This document shows positions 47,801 to 57,721 of a stretch of 64,000 nucleotides of DNA, piece by piece. The translations under genes were made by a program, and so were the position numbers. The notes under the pieces are model-generated. The model saw only the letters and a program-made list of their open reading frames with translations, was not told the origin of the DNA and made no database searches. Position 1 is the first letter of the stretch, and each line of letters begins with the position of its first letter. This DNA is from an uncultured Verrucomicrobiae bacterium (GTDB lineage Bacteria; Verrucomicrobiota; Verrucomicrobiia; Chthoniobacterales; UBA10450), in NCBI GenBank assembly GCA_963834385.1, contig CAWIBO010000002.1:352001-416000 (forward strand), read 5' to 3'.

Positions 47801-48328
47801 ATGAATGACCCAGCCTCTCAACGACAGCCCGGTTCGGCGACCCTGACCATCTCCCGGATCACCCTGCGCATCCTCCTTGTGCTCAATGTGCTCCAGGGCG
47901 TCGCCATTCTTGGCCTCCTTGGTTTCAGTGTCGTCTCGCCGGGCCGGATCATGGCCTCGCTCGACGTCGCCGAATCGATGTTTCGCGGCATGCAAATGGT
48001 CGCGGTGCTTGGCCTCGTCTGCGTGCCGCTTTATTACATCATTCTTCGCCGTCTGCTCGACATGGTGGAGAGCGTGAGGGCGCGCCAGCCGTTCATCAGC
48101 CTGAACGCCGCCCGGCTCCAGACCATCGCCTGGGCGCTGCTCCTCCTTCAGCTTCTCAGCCTCATCATCGGCTGGATCGCGGAGAGCGTCTCCACCCGGG
48201 AGCACCCATTCCAGGTGGATGCCGGCTTCTCCTCCAGCGGCTGGGTGGCTGTGCTTCTCGTCTTCGTTCTCGCCCGCGTTTTCGCCGAGGGCGCCCGGAT
48301 GCGCGAAGAACTGGAAGGGACGGTGTAA
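47801..48328 (+). CDS. DUF2975 membrane protein
   Basis: Four TMs; PF...NAARL; VFAEGARMREELEGTV. Confidence 0.88.
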   Translation: MNDPASQRQPGSATLTISRITLRILLVLNVLQGVAILGLLGFSVVSPGRIMASLDVAESMFRGMQMVAVLGLVCVPLYYIILRRLLDMVESVRARQPFISLNAARLQTIAWALLLLQLLSLIIGWIAESVSTREHPFQVDAGFSSSGWVAVLLVFVLARVFAEGARMREELEGTV

Positions 48329-48330
48329 CC

Positions 48331-48561
48331 GTGGCCATTGCCGTCAAACTCGACGATTTGCTTTACGCCCGGCGCATGACCCTGACCGAACTCTCGGAGC
48401 GGGTCGGCATCACCCTGGCCAACCTTTCCATTCTCAAGACAGGCAAGGCCCGCGCCATCCGCTTCACGACCCTCGAGGCCTTGTGTGAAGCGCTCGGTTG
48501 CCAGCCGGGCGATCTGCTCAAGTTCGAAGGAGCGGGGGAGGCCCGACCGCCGGAGGCGTGA
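48331..48561 (+). CDS. Cro/C1-type (YozG-like) HTH regulator
   Basis: VGITLANLSILKTGKARAIRFTTL..LC..L.CQPGDLL. Confidence 0.92.
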   Translation: MAIAVKLDDLLYARRMTLTELSERVGITLANLSILKTGKARAIRFTTLEALCEALGCQPGDLLKFEGAGEARPPEA

Positions 48562-48626
48562 AGGTTTTGCGGGTCCCGGGTGTTTTGCTCTTCCGGCCAA
48601 TCGGTTTGCCCGGTAGTTAGTAACGC

Positions 48627-49787
48627 ATGAGCAGCGTTCGGCTTTTGGTGGGGACGCGCAAAGGCGCGTTCATTCTTGCGGCGGACGGGAAGCGGGAGAA
48701 CTGGACGGTGGACGGCCCGCACTTTGCCGGATGGGAAATGTATCATTTGAAGGGGTCGCCGTTGGAGCCCAACCGCATTTACGCCTCGCAGTCGAGCGCC
48801 TGGTTTGGGCAGATTATTCAGCGCTCGGACGATGGCGGGAAAACCTGGACGACGCCGGGCGGGGGGATGGAACAGACGCCCGAAGGGATGCCGAAGGGGG
48901 AGAGCAACAAGTTCGTTTACGAGGGCGTGCCCGGGACGCACATGTGGTACGACGGGACCCAGCATCCGTGGGAGTTCAAGCGGGTCTGGCACCTCGAGCC
49001 GTCGCCGGGCGATCCGGATCATGTTTACGCCGGGGTGGAGGACGCGGGGCTTTTTGAGTCGAAGGATGGCGGCGTGACGTGGGCGGAATTATCCGGGTTG
49101 CGCAAACATGACACCGGCCCGCAGTGGCAGCCGGGCGCGGGCGGGATGTGTCTGCACACGATCCTGATCGATCCGACGAATCCGCGCCGGCTTTATGTGG
49201 CCATCTCGGCGGCGGGCGCGTTTAGGAGCGATGATGCGGGGCAAACCTGGAAGCCGATCAATCGCGGTCTGGTTTCGCAGTTCATGCCCGATCCGGATGC
49301 GGAGGTGGGGCATTGCGTGCATCGGATCGCGTTTCATCCGTCGCGACCGGAGACGCTCTTCATGCAAAAGCATTGGGACGTGATGCGAAGCGATAACGCG
49401 GGCGATCAGTGGAGCGAGGTAAGCGACAATTTGCCGACGGATTTCGGGTTCCCGATCGACGTGCATGCGCACGAGCCGGAGACAATTTACGTGGTGCCGA
49501 TCAAGAGCGACTCCGAGCATTTTCCGCTCGAGGGCAAGCTGCGGGTCTACCGGAGCAAGAGCGGCGGAGGCGATTGGGAAGCGCTGACCCACGGGCTGCC
49601 GCAGAAGGATTGCTACGTCAATGTCCTGCGCGATGCGATGTGCGTGGATACGCTGGACGATTGCGGAGTGTATTTCGGAACAACAGGCGGCCAGGTTTAT
49701 TGCTCGGCAAATGGCGGCGATACGTGGAAGGCGATCGTGCGCGATTTGCCGCCGGTGCTGTCGGTGGAGGTGCAGACGTTGCGCTAA
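48627..49787 (+). CDS. BNR/Asp-box beta-propeller protein (sialidase-like, no signal peptide)
   Basis: LVGTRKG; Asp boxes [40 protein letters not shown]. Confidence 0.88.
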   Translation: MSSVRLLVGTRKGAFILAADGKRENWTVDGPHFAGWEMYHLKGSPLEPNRIYASQSSAWFGQIIQRSDDGGKTWTTPGGGMEQTPEGMPKGESNKFVYEGVPGTHMWYDGTQHPWEFKRVWHLEPSPGDPDHVYAGVEDAGLFESKDGGVTWAELSGLRKHDTGPQWQPGAGGMCLHTILIDPTNPRRLYVAISAAGAFRSDDAGQTWKPINRGLVSQFMPDPDAEVGHCVHRIAFHPSRPETLFMQKHWDVMRSDNAGDQWSEVSDNLPTDFGFPIDVHAHEPETIYVVPIKSDSEHFPLEGKLRVYRSKSGGGDWEALTHGLPQKDCYVNVLRDAMCVDTLDDCGVYFGTTGGQVYCSANGGDTWKAIVRDLPPVLSVEVQTLR

Positions 49788-49791
49788 GTGA

Positions 49792-49918
49792 AAGCTCCAA
49801 ATTCCAAGGTCCAGGCACAGAAGCCCCATGTTCCAAGCTCCAAGGGTCTTCGCCCAAGGTGGTATGATGTTTGATGCTTGAAGTTTCTCTGGACCTTGGA
49901 TGTTGAAGCTTCAAGCTT
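49792..49918. repeat. Inverted arrays of degenerate 7-bp repeats (AAGCTCC-like)
   Basis: AAGCTCC AAATTCC AAGGTCC ... AAGCTCC, then TGATGCT TGAAGTT ... TGGACCT TGGATGT TGAAGCT. Confidence 0.75.
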
Positions 49919-49924
49919 TCCCTC

Positions 49925-50221
49925 ATGATCCGCATCGCCCTCCCGCATCATCTCCGGACCCTCGCGCGGGTGGGGGATGAGGTGGAACTGGAGGTTAAGG
50001 GCCCCGCGACGGTGGGCGGCTTACTCGACGCGCTGGAGGCGAAATATCCGATGCTGCGCGGGACGATCCGCGACCACGGCACGCTTAAGCGTCGGCCCAT
50101 GCTGCGCTTCTTTGCCTGCGAAGAGGATGTTTCGCATAAACCGATCGATACTGTTCTTCCCGGGTCGATCGCAGATGGAAGGGAGCCGTTCATCATTCTC
50201 GGCGCCATCGCGGGTGGCTAA
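49925..50221 (+). CDS. MoaD/ThiS ubiquitin-like protein
   Basis: 98 aa ending [13 protein letters not shown]. Confidence 0.88.
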   Translation: MIRIALPHHLRTLARVGDEVELEVKGPATVGGLLDALEAKYPMLRGTIRDHGTLKRRPMLRFFACEEDVSHKPIDTVLPGSIADGREPFIILGAIAGG

Positions 50222-50303
50222 ACAGGAATTATTTTTCCAGATGATTGAGTGGAGAACATCGGATGCTAATCTGGGTTAATCTGCGAAATCTGCGGACGAC
50301 AAC

Positions 50304-50729
50304 ATGAGCGAATCTTTCGAAAGCGCGCGCGCGGCGGAGCCTGTGGGCGCATTTCCGCACGCGAAGCGCGTGGGCAACCTTCTCTTTCTTTCCGGGATCG
50401 GACCGCGGGTGCGTGGGAGCCAGGAGATTCCCGGCGTCACCCTGGATGCGGAGCGCAATGTCATCAGCTACGACATCGAGAAACAGTGCCATGCCGTGTT
50501 TGAGAACGTCCGGCTCGTCCTGGAAGACGCGGGAGCGGGCTGGAACGACATCGTGGATGTGACGGTTTTCCTGACCGACATGAAGAAGGATTTTCCGATT
50601 TTTAACCGGATCTATCCCGGATATTTCGCCGGGGAAGGCAAACCCAATCCGACGCGGACCACGGTGGAGGTGAGGGCGCTGCCGACGCCGATCGCGATTG
50701 AGTTAAAGGTGATCGCGGTGGCTGGCTGA
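50304..50729 (+). CDS. RidA-family protein (2-aminomuconate deaminase-like)
   Basis: FPHAKRVGNLLFLSG, DVTVFL, PTRTTVEV..LPTPIAIELK. Confidence 0.88.
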   Translation: MSESFESARAAEPVGAFPHAKRVGNLLFLSGIGPRVRGSQEIPGVTLDAERNVISYDIEKQCHAVFENVRLVLEDAGAGWNDIVDVTVFLTDMKKDFPIFNRIYPGYFAGEGKPNPTRTTVEVRALPTPIAIELKVIAVAG

Positions 50730-50897
50730 GACGGGCATCCTATAATCCCCCGGGGGAGCCTGTCGTTTCTTGGACAGGATTCACAGGATGGCTTGGGGAG
50801 CAGGGTCCGATTGCATCAATCTCCCATCTCCCCGGTGAAAAGGGGCGGTCATCGTTTTGCATTCGATTTTCGGAAATCGACAGCCGACCATCCTCTC

Positions 50898-52697
50898 ATG
50901 CCGCGCATCCGCCTCATGTCCGAGACCCTGGCCAGCCAGGTCGCCGCGGGCGAAGTGGTGGAACGGCCCGCCTCGGTGGTCAAGGAGCTGGTCGAGAACA
51001 GCCTCGATGCCGGGGCGCGCTCGATCGAGGTCATGATCCGGCGCGGGGGCAACGCACTCGTGCGCGTGATCGACGACGGGTGCGGCATGGACCGGGACGA
51101 CGCGCTCCTTTCGCTCGAACGCCATGCCACCAGCAAAATCAGCCGGGCGGAGGATCTCGCCGCCATTTCCACCCTCGGCTTCCGCGGGGAAGCGCTTCCG
51201 AGCATCGCCAGCGTCTCCCGTTTCCGCCTTTCCACCCGGGAACCGGAGGCCGTGGCCGGGACGGAGATCATTGTCCAGGGCGGTCGAATCGAGACTGTGC
51301 GCGACGGCGGCGAGGCCCCGGGCACGCAGGTGGAGGTGCGCTCTCTCTTCTATAACCTGCCCGCTCGTCGCAAGTTTCTCCGGACGGAAAACACGGAGGC
51401 GCGCAACGTCGAGCATCAGCTCCATCTCCAGGCGATCGGCCATCCCGGCGTCGCCTTCGCCTATGTCCGCGATGAGACGGTCGTCTTCCAGCTTCCGCCC
51501 ACGACGGATCTGCGCGCCCGGGTCCGTGATCTGCATGGGGCCGAGCTGGCGGGACGTCTTCTCGATGTGCCGGAGGGGAACGGCCCAGTCCGGGTGCGCG
51601 GCATGATCGGGGAGGCCGGCGTCAGCCGCCAGACCCGCGCGCTGCAATATGTCTTCGTCAATGGCCGCGCCGTGGAAAGCCCGGTGCTGCACGCCGCCTT
51701 GCGCGAGGGTTATCACACCGCGCTCATGAAAGGCCAGTTCCCGGTTTGCTTCCTTTTCGTCGAGCTCGATCCCGCCGCGGTCGATGTCAACGTTCACCCG
51801 GCCAAGCGCGAAGTCCGTTTCCGCGATCCTTCTTCTGTCCGGGAAGCGGTCGTCAACGCCCTGCAACGCACGCTCGAGGAGGGGCGGCGCGACTGGCAGG
51901 AGCAGTTCCGGCCCGCGCCGGCTGGCCCGGACGTCTCTTTGCCCCCACCGGCAGCGATGGCCCCGGTCGCTCTTCCCGGCGCCACACCTTTCCCGGCCGC
52001 GCCGGTGCCCGAGCCCGATCTCAGCGGGCTGGCGGCTCCCTCCTTCGCCTCGCCGCGCATGCAACGCCCCGAGCCGCCCCCTGAGCCCGGTGCGGCGCCG
52101 GCGACCCCGGCGCACGATGGACGGTTTCAGATCATCGGCGTTCTCAACAAGCTCTATGTCTTGATGGAAAACGCCAATGGGCTTGTCCTGGTCGACCAGC
52201 ACGCCGCGCACGAGCGGATTCTCTTTGAGGAACTGCGGCGCCGCCTGGAGGAGCAGGGGGTTCCATCACAGCGGCTGCTCCTCGCCCAGACCTTTGAACT
52301 CCCGCCGCGGGACGCCGCCTGGGTGGAGCGCAACGCTGAAACCCTGCAGAAAATGGGCATCGGCATCGAGCCGTTCGGCGCCAACTCCTTCAAGATCGAC
52401 AGCCTGCCCGCTTTCCTGCACGTGACCGATCCGGTCCAGTTCATGCGCCACGTGATCGACGAGCTGAAAACGAGCGCCAGCTCGTCGTCGCCCATGCGAC
52501 TTGGCGAGGACATGATCGCGAAAACCGTCTGTCGCCACGCCGTGAAAGCGAATGATCCGCTCCGTTATCCCGAGCTGGAAAAGCTCATCGGCGATCTGCT
52601 CGAGTGCGAACTGCCCTATTGCTGCCCGCACGGGCGTCCGACCATGATCCAGATCTCGCACGCGGAGCTGGAGAAAAAGTTCGGGCGCAAAGTCTAG
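50898..52697 (+). CDS. mutL: DNA mismatch repair protein MutL
   Basis: AAGEVVERPASVVKELVENSLDAGA, GFRGEAL, DQHAAHERILFE, CPHGRP. Confidence 0.98.
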   Translation: MPRIRLMSETLASQVAAGEVVERPASVVKELVENSLDAGARSIEVMIRRGGNALVRVIDDGCGMDRDDALLSLERHATSKISRAEDLAAISTLGFRGEALPSIASVSRFRLSTREPEAVAGTEIIVQGGRIETVRDGGEAPGTQVEVRSLFYNLPARRKFLRTENTEARNVEHQLHLQAIGHPGVAFAYVRDETVVFQLPPTTDLRARVRDLHGAELAGRLLDVPEGNGPVRVRGMIGEAGVSRQTRALQYVFVNGRAVESPVLHAALREGYHTALMKGQFPVCFLFVELDPAAVDVNVHPAKREVRFRDPSSVREAVVNALQRTLEEGRRDWQEQFRPAPAGPDVSLPPPAAMAPVALPGATPFPAAPVPEPDLSGLAAPSFASPRMQRPEPPPEPGAAPATPAHDGRFQIIGVLNKLYVLMENANGLVLVDQHAAHERILFEELRRRLEEQGVPSQRLLLAQTFELPPRDAAWVERNAETLQKMGIGIEPFGANSFKIDSLPAFLHVTDPVQFMRHVIDELKTSASSSSPMRLGEDMIAKTVCRHAVKANDPLRYPELEKLIGDLLECELPYCCPHGRPTMIQISHAELEKKFGRKV

Positions 52698-52730
52698 CGG
52701 GAACCTGGGCAGACCGTCGCGGCAGGAGGT

Positions 52731-52778
52731 GGACATGCGGAAGCATGTCCCTCCGGAGGGAGGCGCTTCCGCGCGTCC
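52731..52778. repeat. REP doublet (GGAG-foot), distal copy
   Basis: GGACATGC-GGAA-GCATGTCC-CTCC|GGAG-GGAGGCGC-TTCC-GCGCGTCC between convergent genes. Confidence 0.9.
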
Positions 52779-52790
52779 AACCACGCGGCG

Positions 52791-53876
52791 CTAGCGGCCA
52801 CCGCCCGCGCCGGCCGCAGGCCGTTCTCCCCAGTATTTGGCGAGCACCTCTTTCAAGCGCGGGGTTTGCAGTCGAAAGTTTTGCTCTGCCGCCGTCGGCG
52901 CCTGCGGGAACCATTTCCACCAGAACATGCCCGCGAGAACGTCGCGCGACCGGTCGGCGGTGCGGAGAGCAGCCTCGACGCAGCGCGCCTGCACTTCCTC
53001 GGCGTGCGGTCCACCCGTTTTGAACGACCAGGGCTCAGCCGCGGCGCGCGCGTTCTCGTTATAGCCGATCTCCACGAAAACGAATTTCTTGTTGCCCTGC
53101 TGTTTCGAAAAACGTCGCAGGATCTCCATCCGCTCCGCCCAGGCCCGGTCCAGTTCCGCCTGCGACGGGTTCTTCGTTTTGGTCAGCGGAAAGTAAGCCA
53201 GCACGCCGAGGTAATCGACCGCGTCCCACCACGGAACCTGCTCGAACTCGTTCCAGTTCGCGCCATACGTGATCCGCCCATGATAAACCGCGCGGACCGC
53301 CGCGATGATCGCACGCCAGTCCTCCTCAAATTTCTGGGCGTGGGTATACTCGAGCCCGACGCAAAAAAGCGGTGCCTTCTCTTCCTCCGCGATCACCGCC
53401 ATCTCCACGATCCAGCGCCGGTATTCCGCAAAGAAGGCGTCCCATTCCGCCTTCGTCTTGAAATCGATCTCGCCGCGCCAGAGCCATTGCGTGCCCCAGT
53501 AGGCAATGTGCGGGATGAGCATCACCGAAATTCCCCGGTCGCGCGCCCAGCGCAGCGGCTGGCGGATGTGGCGGTCGTGGTCGCTCCCGGGCCAGCGCAG
53601 TCGCCCGTCGTTCTCGATCCGGGCGTAGGGATGAATCGAGATTGCGTTTACGCCCAGCGCCTTCAGCTCATCGAGCGACGATTCCATCGCCGGGCTTTGC
53701 CACTCGATCCCCCAGGTCTGGCAGGAGACCGTGACCCCTTCGTAAAACGTCGGCTCTTCCGCCCGGGATCCTTCCACTGCCGCGAAGAAGGAGACCATCG
53801 TCGCGAGCAGAAGAGGCACGCGGCGACGCCGGTTCGGCCGCGGTTGAATCATCATGCGGGACGGGAGCGGCGCCAT
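52791..53876 (-). CDS. Secreted GH113-like TIM-barrel glycoside hydrolase
   Basis: Signal peptide; MLIPHI, WRGEI, VGLE, ITYGANW, GVLAYFPL, FVEIGY, FWWKW. Start may be 53855. Confidence 0.75.
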   Translation of the reverse strand: MAPLPSRMMIQPRPNRRRRVPLLLATMVSFFAAVEGSRAEEPTFYEGVTVSCQTWGIEWQSPAMESSLDELKALGVNAISIHPYARIENDGRLRWPGSDHDRHIRQPLRWARDRGISVMLIPHIAYWGTQWLWRGEIDFKTKAEWDAFFAEYRRWIVEMAVIAEEEKAPLFCVGLEYTHAQKFEEDWRAIIAAVRAVYHGRITYGANWNEFEQVPWWDAVDYLGVLAYFPLTKTKNPSQAELDRAWAERMEILRRFSKQQGNKKFVFVEIGYNENARAAAEPWSFKTGGPHAEEVQARCVEAALRTADRSRDVLAGMFWWKWFPQAPTAAEQNFRLQTPRLKEVLAKYWGERPAAGAGGGR

Positions 53877-53877
53877 C

Positions 53878-55038
53878 CTATTTCGGGCGGGGCGGCGCCG
53901 GGGAAAAGGCCGGGATTGGCTGGTTCGCCCCGAGCGCCTGCAGGCAAATCTCCGCGAAGTCGAGCGACTCGCCGATGACCTGGTCCATGTCGAGATAGCG
54001 ATAGGTGCCAAGGCGCCCGAGGAACGAAACGCCCGGGGTCTGCACGGCCAGCTCGCGGTACTTCTCCAGGAGGGTCAGGTCGGGCTCCAAACGTTTCGGA
54101 TAGTAAGGGACGTCGTCGGCGCCGGTCTCCTTGCTGAACTCGCGGAACGCGATCGTTCGTTCGTGTTTTTCCCAGGGTGCGAAATGCTTGTGCTCATGGA
54201 TGCGGGTGAACGGCACCTGCAGATCGGTGTAATTGATCACCGCGTTGCCCTGGAGATCACCTTCCGCATCGATCTGTTCAAAGGTGACCGTCCGATAGCT
54301 CAGCCGCCCAAGTTTGCAGCCGAAGAAAGCGTCGAGCGGCCCGGAATAAAAAACGTGGTCGGCTTTGTCGTGGCCGTTCGGTTCCCAGCGGGTCTTCAAC
54401 CGGAGAGTGATGCCGGGGTGATCCAGGATTCGGCGCACGATTTCGCTGTAGCCGTCCCGCGGGATGCCCTGGTGGGCCGAGTTGTAATAGTTGTCGTCGT
54501 AACTGAACCGGACCGGAAGGCGTTTCAAGATGGAAGCGGGCAGTTCGCGCGGTTCGCAGCCCCATTGCTTGCGCGTGTAGCCGTAAAAAAAGGCTTCGTA
54601 GAGTTCGCGCCCGATGAATTTCAAGGCTTGTTCCTCGAAGTTGGCCGGCTCGCCGATGGTGGTGTCGCTTTGCTGGGCGAGGAAGGCGCGCGCCTCCGCG
54701 GGCGAGAAAGTCTGGCCGTAGAACTGGTTGATCGTATGGAGATTGATCGGGAGCGAGAAAACGCCGCGCGCCGTCTGCGCCTTGACCCGATTGATCCAGG
54801 GCATGATCGGGACGAACCGATTCACGTAATCCCAGACGTCCTGATGGTTCGTGTTGAAGATGTGCGGCCCGTACTTGTGCACCATCACGCCACTCCGGTC
54901 ATCCCGCTCGGTGTGACAGTTTCCCGCGAGGTGGGGACGTTCATCCAGGACTTCCACCTGGCATTCGCAACGGCTGACCAGTTCCCGGGCCAGGACCGCA
55001 CCGCCGAACCCGGCACCGATGATCAGGAATTTGCGCAC
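53878..55038 (-). CDS. glf: UDP-galactopyranose mutase
   Basis: IIGAGFGG, HKYGPHIF, YTRKQWG, PYYP, GRLGTYRYLDMD. Confidence 0.96.
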   Translation of the reverse strand: MRKFLIIGAGFGGAVLARELVSRCECQVEVLDERPHLAGNCHTERDDRSGVMVHKYGPHIFNTNHQDVWDYVNRFVPIMPWINRVKAQTARGVFSLPINLHTINQFYGQTFSPAEARAFLAQQSDTTIGEPANFEEQALKFIGRELYEAFFYGYTRKQWGCEPRELPASILKRLPVRFSYDDNYYNSAHQGIPRDGYSEIVRRILDHPGITLRLKTRWEPNGHDKADHVFYSGPLDAFFGCKLGRLSYRTVTFEQIDAEGDLQGNAVINYTDLQVPFTRIHEHKHFAPWEKHERTIAFREFSKETGADDVPYYPKRLEPDLTLLEKYRELAVQTPGVSFLGRLGTYRYLDMDQVIGESLDFAEICLQALGANQPIPAFSPAPPRPK

Positions 55039-55182
55039 AATGAGATAAGGGGAGGGCCCGTCTTCCGGCGCGGCGCGCCGGAGAGCAAGGTTCCAGCACC
55101 GATTTCGTCGCAGGGAACGTTTCAGGCAAGTGACAAAACGCCGGGGACGCGACTTGGGGTTTCGTGGTAGAATTGCCGCCGC

Positions 55183-55977
55183 ATGGAGGAGATTCCGCGT
55201 TTCAACGTCCTCGGGGTGGGCATTTCCGCCCTGAACCAGACCAAAGCGCGGGAACATCTTTTTGCCGCGGTTCGCGAAGGCCGGCGCGGGTATGTCACGA
55301 TCAACAACGTCCACACCGTGAGCGAGGCGGTGCCCGATGAAAAACTTCGCCGCATCTTTGCCGGTTCGCTCCTCTCGACGCCCGATGGCATGCCGCTCGT
55401 CTGGCTCGGGCGCTGGCATGGTTTCCCTGAGGTGGATCGCGTTTACGGTCCCGACCTCCTCCTGAACCTGTGTGAGCACTCGCAGGGGCCCGGGTTCCGC
55501 CATTTTTTCTACGGGGGCAAACCGGGCGTGGCCGAGGAACTCGCGCGCAACCTCCAGGCGCGCTTTCCGCAACTGGTGGTGGCGGGGACGTTCACCCCGC
55601 CTTTCCGGCCGCTGAACGACGAGGAACGGCGCGACCTGTCCGGGAAAGTGCGCGCGGCCCGGCCTGATTTCGTCTGGGTGGGGATCAGCTCGCCCAAGCA
55701 GGAATATTTCATGGACGAATACTGTCCGCTCCTGACCGAGGCCAAAATTTTCATCGGGATCGGGGCCGGGTTCGATTTCCTGAGCGGCCGGGTGCGCCAG
55801 GCCCCGCGCTGGATGATGCGGGCCGGGCTGGAATGGCTTTTCCGGCTGACCCAGGAGCCGCGTCGCCTCTGGCACCGCTATCTCGTCCTCAACCCGCTCT
55901 TCATCCTGCGCACCGCCGCCCAGCTCCTTGGCCTCCGCCGTTACGACATTCCGGCGACTCCTTCGTTGCGAGTTTGA
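55183..55977 (+). CDS. WecB/TagA/CpsF (GT26) glycosyltransferase
   Basis: PDGMPLVW, RVYGPDL, FFYGG, VWVGISSPKQE, GLEWLFRL..EPRRL. Confidence 0.95.
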   Translation: MEEIPRFNVLGVGISALNQTKAREHLFAAVREGRRGYVTINNVHTVSEAVPDEKLRRIFAGSLLSTPDGMPLVWLGRWHGFPEVDRVYGPDLLLNLCEHSQGPGFRHFFYGGKPGVAEELARNLQARFPQLVVAGTFTPPFRPLNDEERRDLSGKVRAARPDFVWVGISSPKQEYFMDEYCPLLTEAKIFIGIGAGFDFLSGRVRQAPRWMMRAGLEWLFRLTQEPRRLWHRYLVLNPLFILRTAAQLLGLRRYDIPATPSLRV

Positions 55978-56000
55978 CGGTTCGCTCTACCGTTCCAGTC

Positions 56001-56987
56001 ATGTCATCCCCCGGCGGCATAAAAGGACACGCCATTGAGGCCGGCGGCTATTTGAAGGCCCTGGGGATCTGGAGTGCGCGCAATCCCGCTTCGGCCTTTC
56101 TTTTGGCCGCCGCGCTCGCCGCGCTCACTTATTTCTTCGGATTCCTCCCCCTTTACGCCAACGCCACCCAGCCGGTGTTGACCTGGGCGTGGCTCCGATT
56201 TCTTCCCCAGTACAACCAGGAGCACAGCAAGATCATCCCGCTCGTGGTCCTGTTCCTGGTTTGGTATCACCGCGACAAGATCAAGGCGGCTCCGGTCAAA
56301 GGGAGCAATCTGGGCCTGTTCTTTATCGGGCTCGGCTTGGCGTCGTATGTCGTCGCCGCCCGCGCGCTTCAGCCCCGCGTGGCCCTGCTCGGCCTGCCGG
56401 TCCTGGTCTTCGGCATCGTTCTCTATGTCTGGGGCCGGGAGATTGCGCGCATTCTCATGTTCCCGATCGGTCTGCTCGTTTTCATGATCCCGATGGGGGC
56501 GCTCGAGCAGACCACCTTCCGCCTGCAATTTCTGATCATCGGGTTCGTCAAATTCCTCAGTAACATTTTCGGCATTGGCATTTACACGGTCGGGACCTCG
56601 ATCCGGCCGATCTCAAACGAATGGGGCTTCGAGATCGCGGAAGGGTGCAGCGGCATCCGCTCCCTGATCGCCATGATCATGATCACGGCGATTTACGCCC
56701 ACCTGCGGGAACCGAAGCTTTGGAAGAAGATGGCGCTGCTCGCCGCCTCGATCCTTTTCGCGGTGGTCGGAAATGCCGGGCGCGTCTTCACCATCATCGT
56801 CCTGGGCAAGCTCGGGTTCCCGACCTTCGCCGGCGGCGTTTATCACGATTGGTCGAGCCAGCTGATCTTTTTCCCGATCGCGCTCGCGTGCATGCTCGGA
56901 TTTCACAAGCTGTTAAACCTGAACTACCGGCGGATCTTCCGCCGGGGCGCGCTCAAGGAGAAGGAGGCGGTGGTGTATGACTACTAG
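56001..56987 (+). CDS. Exosortase (EpsH family)
   Basis: Polytopic; IAEGCSGIRS (Cys), GNAGR (Arg), YHD (His). Confidence 0.9.
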   Translation: MSSPGGIKGHAIEAGGYLKALGIWSARNPASAFLLAAALAALTYFFGFLPLYANATQPVLTWAWLRFLPQYNQEHSKIIPLVVLFLVWYHRDKIKAAPVKGSNLGLFFIGLGLASYVVAARALQPRVALLGLPVLVFGIVLYVWGREIARILMFPIGLLVFMIPMGALEQTTFRLQFLIIGFVKFLSNIFGIGIYTVGTSIRPISNEWGFEIAEGCSGIRSLIAMIMITAIYAHLREPKLWKKMALLAASILFAVVGNAGRVFTIIVLGKLGFPTFAGGVYHDWSSQLIFFPIALACMLGFHKLLNLNYRRIFRRGALKEKEAVVYDY

Positions 56988-57705
56988 CCGTCTCCTCCTG
57001 CTTCTCGTCGTCCTGGGGGTTGGCCTCGGGTCCGTCTTTTTCCTGCCGAAGACCGTGGGTTCGCAGCCGGCGGGCATCCGGCTGGAGCTGCCCGAGTATG
57101 TGGGCAAATGGTACGGGGTCGACCAGGAGATCACCCAGCGCGAGCGCGACACCCTCGCGGCGGACACGCAGTTTGCCCGCAAGCTTTATACCGATGGCCT
57201 GGGCAATTCGGTCTACGTCTCCATCGTCATGTCGGGGAACGATCTCGACAACAGCATTCATCGGCCCGAGCGCTGTCTGCCGGCGCAAGGCTGGACCGTG
57301 GCGGATTCGCGGAAGGTGGCCGTGCCCGTTACCGACGGCAAACTGCAGGTGACGCGGCTGCACAACGTGCGGCAGATCCCGACGAAGGTGGGGACGATGG
57401 TCCCGATCTACAACCTGAGCTACTACTGGTTTGTCGGGCACGACGAGGTGACCGCCTCGCATTTCGAACGCACCTTCATCGACATCAAGGATCGCGTCCT
57501 GCACGGTTACAACCAGCGCTGGGCCTACATCACGGTGGGAGCCGAGGTCACCGAAGGCCTGGTCCGCTTCGGCCGCTCGGAAAAGGCGACCGACGAGATG
57601 ATCCGCGATTTCATCGAGAAACTTTATCCAACAATCTCATCTCCTGGGGCGGCGGTTTCATCTGCTGCAGTAGCTAAAACTTCGCCCCCGCAGCCGCGTG
57701 CTTAG
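56977..57705 (+). CDS. epsI: Exosortase-associated EpsI family protein
   Basis: SIHRPERCLPAQGW, YYWF. Confidence 0.85.
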   Translation: MTTSRLLLLLVVLGVGLGSVFFLPKTVGSQPAGIRLELPEYVGKWYGVDQEITQRERDTLAADTQFARKLYTDGLGNSVYVSIVMSGNDLDNSIHRPERCLPAQGWTVADSRKVAVPVTDGKLQVTRLHNVRQIPTKVGTMVPIYNLSYYWFVGHDEVTASHFERTFIDIKDRVLHGYNQRWAYITVGAEVTEGLVRFGRSEKATDEMIRDFIEKLYPTISSPGAAVSSAAVAKTSPPQPRA

Positions 57706-57721
57706 AGATCTCGCGGAATAG

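Noticed and set aside
47262..48961. DGR template/variable repeat pair (47262-47340 versus 48882-48961)
   Set aside because: Mismatches are not adenine-specific, there is an indel, the match is mid-gene, and no reverse transcriptase is present.
12314..52778. CRISPR array
   Set aside because: The repeats are dispersed palindromes without regular spacers, and no cas genes are present.
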